From the NCBI RefSeq assembly GCF_001194135.2, contig NC_068985.1, forward strand, positions 41,392,757 to 41,456,756: a DNA stretch of 64,000 nt, read 5' to 3'. The position numbers and the translations under genes are program-made. Positions 1 through 12,283 of this stretch are shown here, one piece after another. The stretch comes from Octopus bimaculoides (taxonomy: Eukaryota). The first letter of the stretch is position 1, and each line of letters opens with the position of its first letter. The notes below the pieces were generated by a model, which saw only the letters and a program-made list of their open reading frames with translations, was not told the DNA's origin and did not search any database.

Positions 1-206
1 ATATACATAATCAAATTAAATATTTACCAGTATCGAATTTATATTATGTAATATCTCTATATTTCCTTTCCCTTTTTGTCCTCGGAAAAATTATTAAATT
101 GTTTTAGTAATGTAATTATAAAACTCGTTTGATGGCTAAACATTGATGAATTATAAATATATGAATTTTGATAGATTACACACACGCATGCACGCACACA
201 GACGCA

Positions 207-256
<50 letters not shown>

Positions 257-524
257 CGCGCACACGCACACATACTTACTGTTTCACACACACAAACACA
301 TTCAGATGTAATGTTACATAAGTGACTTAAGGGCCAAGAGTTTTGTGCCTTACACTTATCAAACCTATGTGAGTGTATGTGTCTGTGTGTGTCTCTGTGT
401 GTACGTATGTGAGACTGTGCGTGTGTGCGCACGTGCATCTGTATCTATCTGTCTATGATTATACACGTATATATATAAGCATACAATATATATATGCATA
501 TATGTACGTGTAATTATATATATA

Positions 525-1399
525 CAAGGTGTGGTGGGTAAATTTTCGCCATTTTATATTTTAATTTCGCGTATGCGCATTTTGCTATTTTTATTTTGTC
601 GACTACACAGTATGGCAGGGGCAGCTGGGCACCGTCTGTGAGAGAAACAGCACCATGACACAATTCACTCTGCCAGAAATATGGAAGCGATATGCTGTAT
701 TGCTTGGTATTCACGCCAGAAGCTCCAATACAAACATTTCAGAGTGTTTGGGTGTCAATCTGAGGACAGAATAATCTGAGGACATGTACCGAGAGTGATA
801 AAAATCAAACATCCAGTCGACATCATGGTATTTGAAGTGATCACTAGTGATGGCGACGTTATGCTCGCGTTCATCTTCCCACGCGGCCTCACACTCAGCA
901 CGGAGGCCTACATCAAGTGCCTGAAGGAGGTAGTGCAACACTGGGTCAAGAGGGTAGCTACTGGAAGATCCTATGTCTAGCAACCATGTGACATAAGCAG
1001 GAGAACTAAGTCATGCCTGTTAGACAATTTCTGCGACCACATCATCCTTAACACCTGGCCAACAAACTCCCCAAACTGCAATCTCTTGATTATTATGTGT
1101 GGGGAGCAGTTGAGTGAGAGACCAACAAAATTCCTTGTAACATCATAGGTGAACTGAAGGTAGGGATTACGGCAGCATTCACCAATTTAAACAAGGAGAC
1201 CGTCCAGAAGAGTTGCAGGAGATTCCGAAGTCATCCGGAGGCCGTGGTTGAAGCCAATGGTGATTTTATCAAATAAGTTTACCCTTTAATATTTCAAGAT
1301 ATTTTTATGTAATTTTAGTAAATATAACTGTTAAATTGAGATGTCAGTGTTATTTTCATTTTTTCTTAATATAGGCGACAGTTTATTCACCGCACCCTG
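525..1399 (+). mobile_element. Tc1/mariner maT-type (DD37D-like) element, internally deleted and inactive
   Basis: TIRs CAAGGTGTGGTGGGTAAATTTTCGCC (525-550) and GGCGACAGTTTATTCACCGCACCCTG (ending 1399), flanked by TA. Degenerate transposase VMVFEVITSDGDVM...DNFCDHIILNTWPTNSPNCN. Homologous to the copy at 57343-58582. Confidence 0.9.
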
Positions 1400-1411
1400 T
1401 ATATAGTTCAA

Positions 1412-1553
1412 ATTTATAGAAAACAAAAGACGAAGACAGATGAGGGAAAAACAATTTGTTTGACGCTCAGGAAGAATGGAAAAGTCTTTAAAGTTTCAAG
1501 CCTACTCTCCTTCGACAGAAACCGATAAGAGAGAAAAAATAAAATAAAGAGAG
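1412..1553 (-). repeat. Interspersed repeat with hammerhead-like core (Penelope pLTR-like?), copy 1
   Basis: Reverse complement aligns with 2450-2603. The minus strand reads CTGTCGAAG-GAGAGTAGGCTT-GAAAC. Confidence 0.65.
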
Positions 1554-2449
1554 NNNNNNNNNNNNNNNNNNNNNNNNNNNNNNNNNNNNNNNNNNNNNNN
1601 NNNNNNNNNNNNNNNNNNNNNNNNNNNNNNNNNNNNNNNNNNNNNNNNNNNNNNNNNNNNNNNNNNNNNNNNNNNNNNNNNNNNNNNNNNNNNNNNNNNN
1701 NNNNNNNNNNNNNNNNNNNNNNNNNNNNNNNNNNNNNNNNNNNNNNNNNNNNNNNNNNNNNNNNNNNNNNNNNNNNNNNNNNNNNNNNNNNNNNNNNNNN
1801 NNNNNNNNNNNNNNNNNNNNNNNNNNNNNNNNNNNNNNNNNNNNNNNNNNNNNNNNNNNNNNNNNNNNNNNNNNNNNNNNNNNNNNNNNNNNNNNNNNNN
1901 NNNNNNNNNNNNNNNNNNNNNNNNNNNNNNNNNNNNNNNNNNNNNNNNNNNNNNNNNNNNNNNNNNNNNNNNNNNNNNNNNNNNNNNNNNNNNNNNNNNN
2001 NNNNNNNNNNNNNNNNNNNNNNNNNNNNNNNNNNNNNNNNNNNNNNNNNNNNNNNNNNNNNNNNNNNNNNNNNNNNNNNNNNNNNNNNNNTGCTTCCCCC
2101 ACTCTCGCTCCCCCCACACCCCAACACCACGACACGACACCACACCACCACACCACACACCACCATACCACACACCACCATACCACACACCACCATACCA
2201 CATCACACCACATCACACCACCCTGCACACACTAGCACTGACCACTTCCCAGTACCTACACCATCATTCACACACCTACACATGCACACACATACACGTC
2301 AATGTCACCAGCCCCTTTCCATATGCACATACACGCGTATGCGCACCTTCGTTTGGGATCACTACTACTTTATTATCTCCCCTTCTTCCTAGCTCTCCTA
2401 TGTGACCCCTCTCTCCGGCATTCGCCATGATAGATCGCTAGCCACTAAA

Positions 2450-2603
2450 CCTTTTTCTATTTTCTCTCCCTATTTATTTCTGTGTTCCATTCTGTCGAAG
2501 AGCGTAGGCTCGAATCTTAAAAGACTTTCACACTTCCCGAGCGTTAAGCTAATACATTTGTTTGTTGTTTACACACCCGTCTTCGTGTTTTGTGTTTTTG
2601 TAA
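2450..2603 (+). repeat. Same repeat, copy 2, inverted relative to copy 1
   Basis: CTGTCGA-A-GAGC-GTAG-GCTC-GAAT at 2492-2515, then a shared AAGACTTTT...GAGCGT...GTCTTCGT...TGTAAA segment. Confidence 0.65.
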
Positions 2604-2759
2604 ANNNNNNNNNNNNNNNNNNNNNNNNNNNNNNNNNNNNNNNNNNNNNNNNNNNNNNNNNNNNNNNNNNNNNNNNNNNNNNNNNNNNNNNNNNNNNNNN
2701 NNNNNNNNNNNNNNNNNNNNNTATATATATATATATATATTTATATATACACACATACA

Positions 2760-3967
2760 CGAGAGTGGACTGAAAAGTCACTATGATGGAATGATACTAG
2801 AGATGTGAAATCGTACATACGTTAATTTCACCTCTTCTCATAAAGAATTTCATTGTTTGTTTCCAGATAAACTGACATCTGACTGTTCACAGAATACTTC
2901 AAAAGTAACTAGTAGCGACTTCTCTTGAAAGGCGATAAAATTTGGCAGAAAAACAGTTTACACCCCCAAGACATTCATGCTGACATAGTTGCTGCATTTG
3001 AGGTTGATGTACCAGCCTTACCAACAGGGCAAAAATGGGCAGCTGAATTTAGGAGGGAAAGGGAGAGTGTTGAAGATGACCCATATTCTGGACGTCTTGC
3101 AACTGCCACTACCGAAGAAAACATGATGATGGTTCACAGGCGCTTGACTATAAATAAACTCGCTAATGCTATTGTTATATCCCGCGAGAGATTTCAGAAT
3201 ATTCTGCACAACGAACTCAGCATGTCAATGGTTTCTGCTTGGTGGGTGCCACATCTTCTGACACCTGATCAAAAGCGCACCAGGCTGGTCACATCACGGG
3301 AAAATCTGACATTGTTTTTAGGCAGACCCAGCTGTTTCCTTGAACGTCTCCTCAGTCAAGATGAGTGTCGGCTTCATCGCTTTGCACCAGAAACAAAGAG
3401 ACAATCCATGTAATGAAAACACCGCTTCTCACCTACTTCAAAGAAGGTCATGGTCATTTCGTGTGCAGGGAAGGTGATGGCCTCAGGATTTTTGGGAGGC
3501 AAAAGGTATTGTATTTATTGACTATCTTCATAAGGGCCACACTACGAGTCGAGAATACTTATACCAACTCGTTGAGGCAGTTACGAAATATTATCAAGTG
3601 CATACACCCAAGAAAGCTGACGAAAGGGGTCTTGTTTCATCAGGACATCGTTTAAATGGCTGCTGTGCGCGACTGTACCCTTGAACTGGTTGGTCACCGT
3701 CCTTATTGTCCTGATTTGGCCCCATCTGATTATCATCTGTTCCCCAAGATGTAAGAACATTTGGTTGGGAGGGTCGTATGTGCTATTCATGACTCTTTCG
3801 AACAATTAGATAAAAGTTTCTTCATCAATAGGATCCAAGCACTGCAACACCAATGGAAGAAGTGTGTGGACTGCAAGTGGGGGTGGGGCATGTTGAAAAA
3901 TAAACCTCATTTGGTCACATTCCATGAGAGTAAATTGGTCAGCCTATGAAGTTTCAAGCAAACTTCG
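2760..3967 (+). mobile_element. mariner transposon, near full length, decayed transposase
   Basis: KWAAEFRRERESVEDDPYSGR (HTH), WWVPHLLT, DECRLHRF.PETKRQS, HRPYCPDLAPSDYHLFP. Degenerate TIRs, with TA-type microsatellites on both sides. Confidence 0.9.
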
Positions 3968-4909
3968 TATGTATGTATGTATGTATGTATGTATGTATGT
4001 ATGTATGTGTGTGTGTGTGTGCGTAGATGGATGGACATTAAGAATATGCCATGTGGTGGGTACATTAAGCAGTTAATATATGCAATATATGCAGTGAGCA
4101 TGGTGATGTTATCACATTACGTGAAACGTACGATGTAATTAGATTTATACGCAATTGTATTTCTAGCTGTGCTTTAAATAGGAACTAATTATGTCGAAAT
4201 CACAAGCCTTCGATTGTTAGACACAGCTTGTTATAAAGCTTAGATTGTTTCTGAGCAATGGCTGGAGATATATTATTATTATAGAATTAACAGATTTAAC
4301 TAAATGCTCGCTCATATGCTGCATTTATTATAAATGTATTTATCTCGGCATATCTGTATATGTGAATATATATATATACGTACATACGTATGTGTATATG
4401 TATATATGTCTGTACATACATTAAACACGTATACACACACAGACACACAGACACACACGTACGCACGCACGCACACACATACGCACACATACACACTCAC
4501 ACACACACGTATATATATCATCATTTGAACAGAGACACTCACTCAATCACGGAGAACTGCTTAGTATGGTCAAAAGTCATTTTATAAACCGGCGATTGTG
4601 TTCAAAATTAGTGGTTCCCGAACTATTGGTTTAGATGTTTTGCAAACAACTTGCACATGAAAGTGTTACCAGTCGAAAGCTCCGCATACCGGAAGCCAGC
4701 AAGTGTCTGGGGTCATCAGGACAGAATGGGCGCCGCCTCGGGACCTACATCTCGACGGCATTATTGCGCATCGGCCCCCTCACTGATATGAGGCCCCCGC
4801 TTGCTAGATCAAGTATTGGCTTAAACTTATGTATATCTTGGTTTCAAATTTTGCCACAACGCCAGCAATTTCGGGGGTGGGGGGTAAAGTGGATTACGTA
4901 TATATATGC

Positions 4910-4975
<66 letters not shown>

Positions 4976-5356
4976 NNNNNNNNNNNNNNNNNNNNNNNNN
5001 NNNNNNNNNNNNNNNNNNNNNNNNNNNNNNNNNNNNNNNNNNNNNNNNNNNNNNNNNNNNNNNNNNNNNNNNNNNNNNNNNNNNNNNNNNNNNNNNNNNN
5101 NNNNNNNNNNNNNNNNNNNNNNNNNNNNNNNNNNNNNNNNNNNNNNNNNNNNNNNNNNNNNNNNNNNNNNNNNNNNNNNNNNNNNNNNNNNNNNNNNNNN
5201 NNNNNNNNNNNNNNNNNNNNNNNNNNNNNNNNNNNNNNNNNNNNNNNNATTTTTATCGAGAATTCTATTTTTGAATCATTTTGGAATCTATTTTGTATTT
5301 TTTTTTTTTTTACTAGTTAATTTCAGTTAATTTTTGTTTATTTTCAGATCATTAAA

Positions 5357-6051
5357 ATGGATTGTCAAGTTTTAAAAAAACAAGCATTTTCGACACCTCT
5401 TTCTTTTTGCTTTTAATCAAGGTTCTAAGACCGCAAAAGCTGCTCGCGACATTTGTGCTGTGTATGGAAAGGGTGCCATAGCTGAAAGAAATGCTCGTAA
5501 TTGGTATGCCATGTTCAAAAATGGAAATTTTGACCTCAAAGAGGCACCTCAGTCTGGCCGTCCAGTTGAGTTCGATGAAGAGCGATTAAACCAACTTTTG
5601 CACGAAAATTCTCGTCAAACGACAAGGGAACTGACAGAGAAAATGGAATGCTCCCACACAGCTATAGAGAAGCATCTTCACTCGCTGGGAAAGATTCAGA
5701 AGTATGGAGCATGGGTTCCGCATGCTTTAAGTGGCAACAACAAAAATCAGCGAGCCACAATCTCTGCTGGTTTGCTTGCTCGTCACCGCTCAACTCATGG
5801 ACACAAGCAACGATTCCTTTACCGAATCGGTACTGGCGACGAAAAATGGTGCCTGTACATCAATATGAAGCAGCGTAGGGAATGGCTTAGCGTCAGTAAA
5901 TAAGCGACACCGCGCGTGAAACAAGATCTTCATCCGCGTAAAACGATGTTGTCCGTATGGTGGGACTGGGAAGGGTTTATCCATTACGAATTGCTTGAGC
6001 AGAACCAAACGGTCAACGCGGAACTCTATGTTAAACAGTTGAAACGACTCA
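5357..6051 (+). pseudogene. mariner transposase (Mos1-like), 5' two-thirds; the rest is in a gap
   Basis: ATG at 5357. AARDICAVYG..WYAMFKNGNFDL..SGRP, GAWVPHAL, TGDEKWCLY, KTMLSVWWD. One early frameshift and one stop at 5901. Confidence 0.92.
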
Positions 6052-7047
6052 NNNNNNNNNNNNNNNNNNNNNNNNNNNNNNNNNNNNNNNNNNNNNNNNN
6101 NNNNNNNNNNNNNNNNNNNNNNNNNNNNNNNNNNNNNNNNNNNNNNNNNNNNNNNNNNNNNNNNNNNNNNNNNNNNNNNNNNNNNNNNNNNNNNNNNNNN
6201 NNNNNNNNNNNNNNNNNNNNNNNNNNNNNNNNNNNNNNNNNNNNNNNNNNNNNNNNNNNNNNNNNNNNNNNNNNNNNNNNNNNNNNNNNNNNNNNNNNNN
6301 NNNNNNNNNNNNNNNNNNNNNNNNNNNNNNNNNNNNNNNNNNNNNNNNNNNNNNNNNNNNNNNNNNNNNNNNNNNNNNNNNNNNNNNNNNNNNNNNNNNN
6401 NNNNNNNNNNNNNNNNNNNNNNNNNNNNNNNNNNNNNNNNNNNNNNNNNNNNNNNNNNNNNNNNNNNNNNNNNNNNNNNNNNNNNNNNNNNNNNNNNNNN
6501 NNNNNNNNNNNNNNNNNNNNNNNNNNNNNNNNNNNNNNNNNNNNNNNNNNNNNNNNNNNNNNNNNNNNNNNNNNNNNNNNNNNNNNNNNNNNNNNNNNNN
6601 NNNNNNNNNNNNNNNNNNNNNNNNNNNNNNNNNNNNNNNNNNNNNNNNNNNNNNNNNNNNNNNNNNNNNNNNNNNNNNNNNNNNNNNNNNNNNNNNNNNN
6701 NNNNNNNNNNNNNNNNNNNNNNNNNNNNNNNNNNNNNNNNNNNNNNNNNNNNNNNNNNNNNNNNNNNNNNNNNNNNNNNNNNNNNNNNNNNNNNNNNNNN
6801 NNNNNNNNNNNNNNNNNNNNNNNNNNNNNNNNNNNNNNNNNNNNNNNNNNNNNNNNNNNNNNNNNNNNNNNNNNNNNNNNNNNNNNNNNNNNNNNNNNNN
6901 NNNNNNNNNNNNNNNNNNNNNNNNNNNNNNNNNNNNNNNNNNNNNNNNNNNNNNNNNNNNNNNNNNNNNNNNNNNNNNNNNNNNNNNNNNNNNNNNNNNN
7001 NNNNNNNNNNNNNNNNNNNNNNNNNNNNNNNNNNNNNNNGTAGATTA

Positions 7048-7253
7048 TACACATATTATATTATGCTATATTATATTATATTATATTATACACATGTAGA
7101 GCTTGAAACACGTGTACCGCGGAATCCTTTGTAGTTTTGTTGTTATTTTTTTGTTTTGGATTTACAATTTATTATTTCACCGCAACCACTAGCTGGAATA
7201 CACAGGTGCTTACAATTGTCAAGTATTACCTCTAAATTTCAATTTACCTACGT

Positions 7254-7317
<64 letters not shown>

Positions 7318-7789
7318 CGCAGACAGACAGACAGACAACAGGCAGATATATAAAGAATTATATATGTATATATATTTCGTATAGGCATAGCGATGCTAAT
7401 AACTTGATGTTAGAACTCCATATATAGAGAAGAGTTAATGATACATATAATTGCTAAATATTCCGGATGTTGTAACTGACACTTTTAAGTACAGAAGAGA
7501 ATAACAAGCATTTAGGGTTATCTACATAAATTGACTTAATCATTCGTTCTTCCACGATCAATAAAATGAAATTATTAATCAAGTCCTGTGATTGATTTTA
7601 TTGAATGTTCACTCTTTAGAATATTGTAGCTATACTTCTAGGTCAGAAATCAATATATATATATATACACATATTATATTATGTTATATTATATTATGTT
7701 ATATTATATTATACACATGTAGATCTTGAAACACGTGTACCGCAGAATCCTTTGTAGTTTTGTTGCTATTTTTTTCTTTTGGATTTACA

Positions 7790-7793
<4 letters not shown>
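7048..7793 (+). repeat. Local direct duplication of ~125 bp (7048-7170 and 7666-7793)
   Basis: Both copies read TATACACATGTAGA(G/T)CTTGAAACACGTGTACCGC(G/A)GAATCCTTTGTAGTTTTGTTG...GGATTTACAATTT. Confidence 0.85.
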
Positions 7794-7873
<80 letters not shown>

Positions 7874-8160
7874 ATACATATTGTGCATATGTATGTATAT
7901 GTACATATCATATATATACATTTATATATTGTGCATATGTCTGTATATGTATATATCATATATATACATATATATATATATTATATAATATATGTATGTT
8001 TATGTATATTATACATACATATAATATATAACGTAATATATATATATATATATTATAGATATACATATATATAGATATGTATAGATATATAAATGTATAC
8101 ACACACACATATATATTATATATATATATACATATATTTAGATATATATATATGCATATA

Positions 8161-8230
<70 letters not shown>
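7793..8230. repeat. (TA)n/(TACA)n microsatellite field
   Basis: Direct reading. Confidence 0.95.
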
Positions 8231-8235
<5 letters not shown>

Positions 8236-8569
8236 GTGTAAAGTGTATATTATATATTGGAAGTTATATATATACTAAAACTGTAATTCTGTTATTAAAA
8301 TATATATATTACATATACATGAAATAACTATATATTTTATATATGATCTAGATATAATTTTGTAGTCATTGTAATATATATTATATACTGTATAATAATA
8401 TACATGCAATATTCTAATTATTAATATACATATATGCTATATGCATAATATAATTATAACGTTATAATTACTAAAATATATAACATATAGTTACAATACT
8501 ATATTTATTAAAAGTAGATCATCTTATTTGAATATATGATATATTAAATAATATATATTTTATATTCCT

Positions 8570-8675
8570 TTCTACTATAGGTTCAAGGCCTGAAGTTTTA
8601 GGGTAAGGTGCTAGCCGATTACATCGACCCAGTACGCGACTGGTACTTATTTAATCGAAATGCAAAGTCGACCTT
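8570..8675 (-). mobile_element. SINE-A 3' fragment
   Basis: TTCTACTATAGG..CAAGGCCTGAA..CGATTACATCGACCC..CTGGTACTTATTT..AAAGTCGACC. Confidence 0.75.
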
Positions 8676-9136
8676 ACAGAAAATATTCTAAACTAAAATC
8701 CATAATATATATATCTTACACGTAATATACGTGTAATCCTACAACTAGTAAAATATATAGTGTCCATAATAAATTATCAACTATACAGATAGATGTAACT
8801 GTAATGCTGTTATCAAAAATACATTTTGTATGACATGTACTCCACACATATGCGTATATGTTATACACTTTCTACAGATATATATATTACGCACATATAA
8901 CGCTATTTTAAAAATATATGTATTATTGAGTTATATACTGTAATATTTAATACCATTAAAATAATTACCACCTTCTAAGGCGCAATTCCCCCACACCTTA
9001 AAAACGTCTTAGAAAATTTACTTCCGTCTTATGAGTACAAAGCTCATTGTATCAGTTTCTAGCAAATGGTGCTGAAATTAAAGTGCATCTTATAATTAAA
9101 CTGTGTCTTATAAGCCGTCAAAAACGTTGAATGCAT

Positions 9137-9300
9137 ATACAGGCGTGGCTGTGTGGTAAGAAGCTTGCTTTCCTACCACATGGTTCCGGGTTCAGTCCTA
9201 CTGCGTGGCACCTGGGTAAGTCTCCTCTGCTGTAGCCTCGGGCCGACCAAAGCCTGAGTGGATTTAGTAGACGGAAACTGAAAGTATTCAGTCGTATACG
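9137..9300 (+). mobile_element. SINE-B 5' half (tRNA-like head)
   Basis: A-box-like TGGCTGTGTGGTAAG, B-box-like GGTTCAGTCC, then GGCCGACCAAAGCC..GTGGATTT..GACGGAAACTGAAAG. Matches 55190-55354 and 58885-59046. Confidence 0.85.
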
Positions 9301-9513
9301 GTTTTTTATTGTTTTAGTCACCTATATTATAACGTATTACACGTGTATAAGGGATGACCACTAGGTGGACATCCAATATGCTAGAAAGAAGTCATCAACG
9401 ACCCAACCACAAAGAAAAATAATGTAATGTAATGTAAAAATAATATATTATAACGTATTTAATATATCATAGTATTAATTTATCGTTATAATATCTTCTT
9501 TTATATATATATA

Positions 9514-10057
9514 TATTATTGTGCCTGAGGTGAGTTATTCTCTTTTAGTGCCTTATTACTTAACACACTCACCGGTTCGATTTCCACTCATTTACTTATT
9601 ATTTTCGAAAATTTTGGTTGCGTCTTGCAACCTTTTCAATAGTCGTTGACTCTGTCCATTATCAGAGCTATCTTCTTTTTGTTTGTTTGTTTGTGCGCAT
9701 GTGTGTGCGCCAGTGTGCATGTGTATACACATACATAAGTATGTATGCATGTATGTATGTATGTATGTATGCACATACATACACATATACATATGTATGT
9801 ATATATCTATGTATATACTTAGATATACACATACTTACATATGTGTATACACATGCGCACTGACGCACACATATGCACACAAACAAACAAGCAAAAAGAA
9901 CGCGACTCTGATAACGGACAAAATCAACGACTATTAAAGAGGTTGCAAGACGCAACCAGAATTTTCGAAAAAATAAATAAGTAAATGAGTGGAAATCGGA
10001 CCGATGAGTGTGTTAAGTAATAAGGCACTAACTCTCCCCAGACACAATAAAATATAC
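9514..10057. repeat. Long inverted repeat (foldback), arms 9514-9743 and 9830-10057
   Basis: Left arm TTAGTGCCTTATTACTTAACACACTCACCGGTTCGATTTCCACTCATTTAC is mirrored by right arm GTAAATGAGTGGAAATCGGACCGATGAGTGTGTTAAGTAATAAGGCACTAA. Pairing continues through unique and microsatellite-like sequence. Confidence 0.92.
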
Positions 10058-10086
10058 TTCAACACACGAATTCAACTCGCAGATCA

Positions 10087-10235
10087 GATCGGCAAAAGAA
10101 ACCGATAGAATGAGTACTAGGCTTACAATAAATAAATCCTGGGGTCGATTTCTTAGACTAAAAACCCTTAAAGACGGTCCTCCAACACGGCCGGAGTCAA
10201 ATGACTGAAACAAGCACAAGAATAAAAGATAAAGA
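10087..10235 (+). mobile_element. SINE-B 3' half
   Basis: CGGCAAAAGAAACCGATAGAATGAGTACTAGGC...GGGGTCGATTT...GTCAAATGACTGAAACAAG. Confidence 0.85.
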
Positions 10236-11103
10236 ATATATATATATANNNNNNNNNNNNNNNNNNNNNNNNNNNNNNNNNNNNNNNNNNNNNNNNNNNN
10301 NNNNNNNNNNNNNNNNNNNNNNNNNNNNNNNNNNNNNNNNNNNNNNNNNNNNNNNNNNNNNNNNNNNNNNNNNNNNNNNNNNNNNNNNNNNNNNNNNNNN
10401 NNNNNNNNNNNNNNNNNNNNNNNNNNNNNNNNNNNNNNNNNNNNNNNNNNNNNNNNNNNNNNNNNNNNNNNNNNNNNNNNNNNNNNNNNNNNNNNNNNNN
10501 NNNNNNNNNNNNNNNNNNNNNNNNNNNNNNNNNNNNNNNNNNNNNNNNNNNNNNNNNNNNNNNNNNNNNNNNNNNNNNNNNNNNNNNNNNNNNNNNNNNN
10601 NNNNNNNNNNNNNNNNNNNNNNNNNNNNNNNNNNNNNNNNNNNNNNNNNNNNNNNNNNNNNNNNNNNNNNNNNNNNNNNNNNNNNNNNNNNNNNNNNNNN
10701 NNNNNNNNNNNNNNNNNNNNNNNNNNNNNNNNNNNNNNNNNNNNNNNNNNNNNNNNNNNNNNNNNNNNNNNNNNNNNNNNNNNNNNNNNNNNNNNNNNNN
10801 NNNNNNNNNNNNNNNNNNNNNNNNNNNNNNNNNNNNNNNNNNNNNNNNNNNNNNNNNNNNNNNNNNNNNNNNNNNNNNNNNNNNNNNNNNNNNNNNNNNN
10901 NNNNNNNNNNNNNNNNNNNNNNNNNNNNNNNNNNNNNNNNNNNNNNNNNNNNNNNNNNNNNNNNNNNNNNNNNNNNNNNNNNNNNNNNNNNNNNNNNNNN
11001 NNNNNNNNNNNNNNNNNNNNNNNNNNNNNNNNNNAACCAAATACCAATAAAGCATTTCAATTTGTAATACTCTCATTTCGGTCTCTGGCAGGTAAGTCTA
11101 AAG

Positions 11104-11459
11104 CAGGGGTTTTCAAACATTTTTTATTATCTATAGTCCCCTTTTAATTACTATTTTATTCTGGTGGACCTCCATAGCCATTCTATGTTTAAAAACTAGT
11201 TTTAGAGAAACTAGTTTATAAAAAATTCCTATTTTCTTTTTCACACATTAACTTGTGTAGGTTGAACTATGTAAGATGTTAGAGAAAGAAACATAGCTGT
11301 TTTTTGCTTTACATACCAATACATACATCTAAAGCAAAATTTTTTCAGGGGCACTCAAAATACTATTGCGGATCCCCAATTTATTATTTTGTTGTATGGA
11401 CTCCAAACATCCTTATATGGACCCTTAGGGGTCATTTGGACCCCGGTTGAGAACCCTTG
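11104..11459 (+). mobile_element. hAT (Charlie-like) MITE, 356 bp
   Basis: TIRs CAGGGGTTTTCAAAC and GTTGAGAACCCTTG. 8-bp TSD GTCTAAAG/GTCTGAAG. Confidence 0.9.
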
Positions 11460-11492
11460 GTCTGAAGGATTTAAAATTTGTATGCTTGTGGA

Positions 11493-11677
11493 ATGGTGGT
11501 CAAAATGCTTTCTGATAATTTACATGAGTCCCTCCACACTCTGAGTTCAAATCTCATAAAAGTACATTTTTTCAACTATCTAGACTTGATTAATCAAGTA
11601 CCTGTTATTCATTGGGGATCAGTGTAATAGGTTATACTCATAGTTTATAGCCTTGTACCTAACTTGGAAACCATATT
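11493..11677 (+). mobile_element. Old, degenerate SINE-A-like copy
   Basis: CTCTGAGTTCAAATC, AAGTACC, TGGGGATC and the 3' end GCCTTGTACC..GGAAACCATATT. Confidence 0.55.
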
Positions 11678-12283
11678 GAGTAATTTCATCGAACAGCGAT
11701 TAAACTATCACATACATACATATTCACCTCTATCACTCTTTCCATATATACTAATACATTCTTCCCTTCCTCTTTTCTCACATACATCAATATATTTCTT
11801 TATCCGTCTTTGTATGTCTCTATCTCTTTGTTTCTTTTTCTTTGTCTCATTCTCTTTGTTTATTAGTCTGTCTTCTGTCAGTCTGTCTGGCTATCTGTTG
11901 TTGTTGTCTCACATATTTGAATATAATGAGATGAAAATCTCCGATAAATTGGGACTGTCTTAGGAATTAGGAGACAGAACTATTTCTAGGAGTGTTTACA
12001 ATGGAAAAANNNNNNNNNNNNNNNNNNNNNNNNNNNNNNNNNNNNNNNNNNNNNNNNNNNNNNNNNNNNNNNNNNNNNNNNNNNNNNNNNNNNNNNNNNN
12101 NNNNNNNNNNNNNNNNNNNNNNNNNNNNNNNNNNNNNNNNNNNNNNNNNNNNNNNNNNNNNNNNNNNNNNNNNNNNNNNNNNNNNNNNNNNNNNNNNNNN
12201 NNNNNNNNNNNNNNNNNNNNNNNNNNNNNNNNNNNNNNNNNNNNNNNNNNNNNNNNNTATAGATATATATATATACCGGACTC

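Noticed and set aside
4590-4830. GC-richer patch with small hairpins (CCTCA/TGAGG)
   Set aside because: No TIR pair, TSD or second copy could be established.
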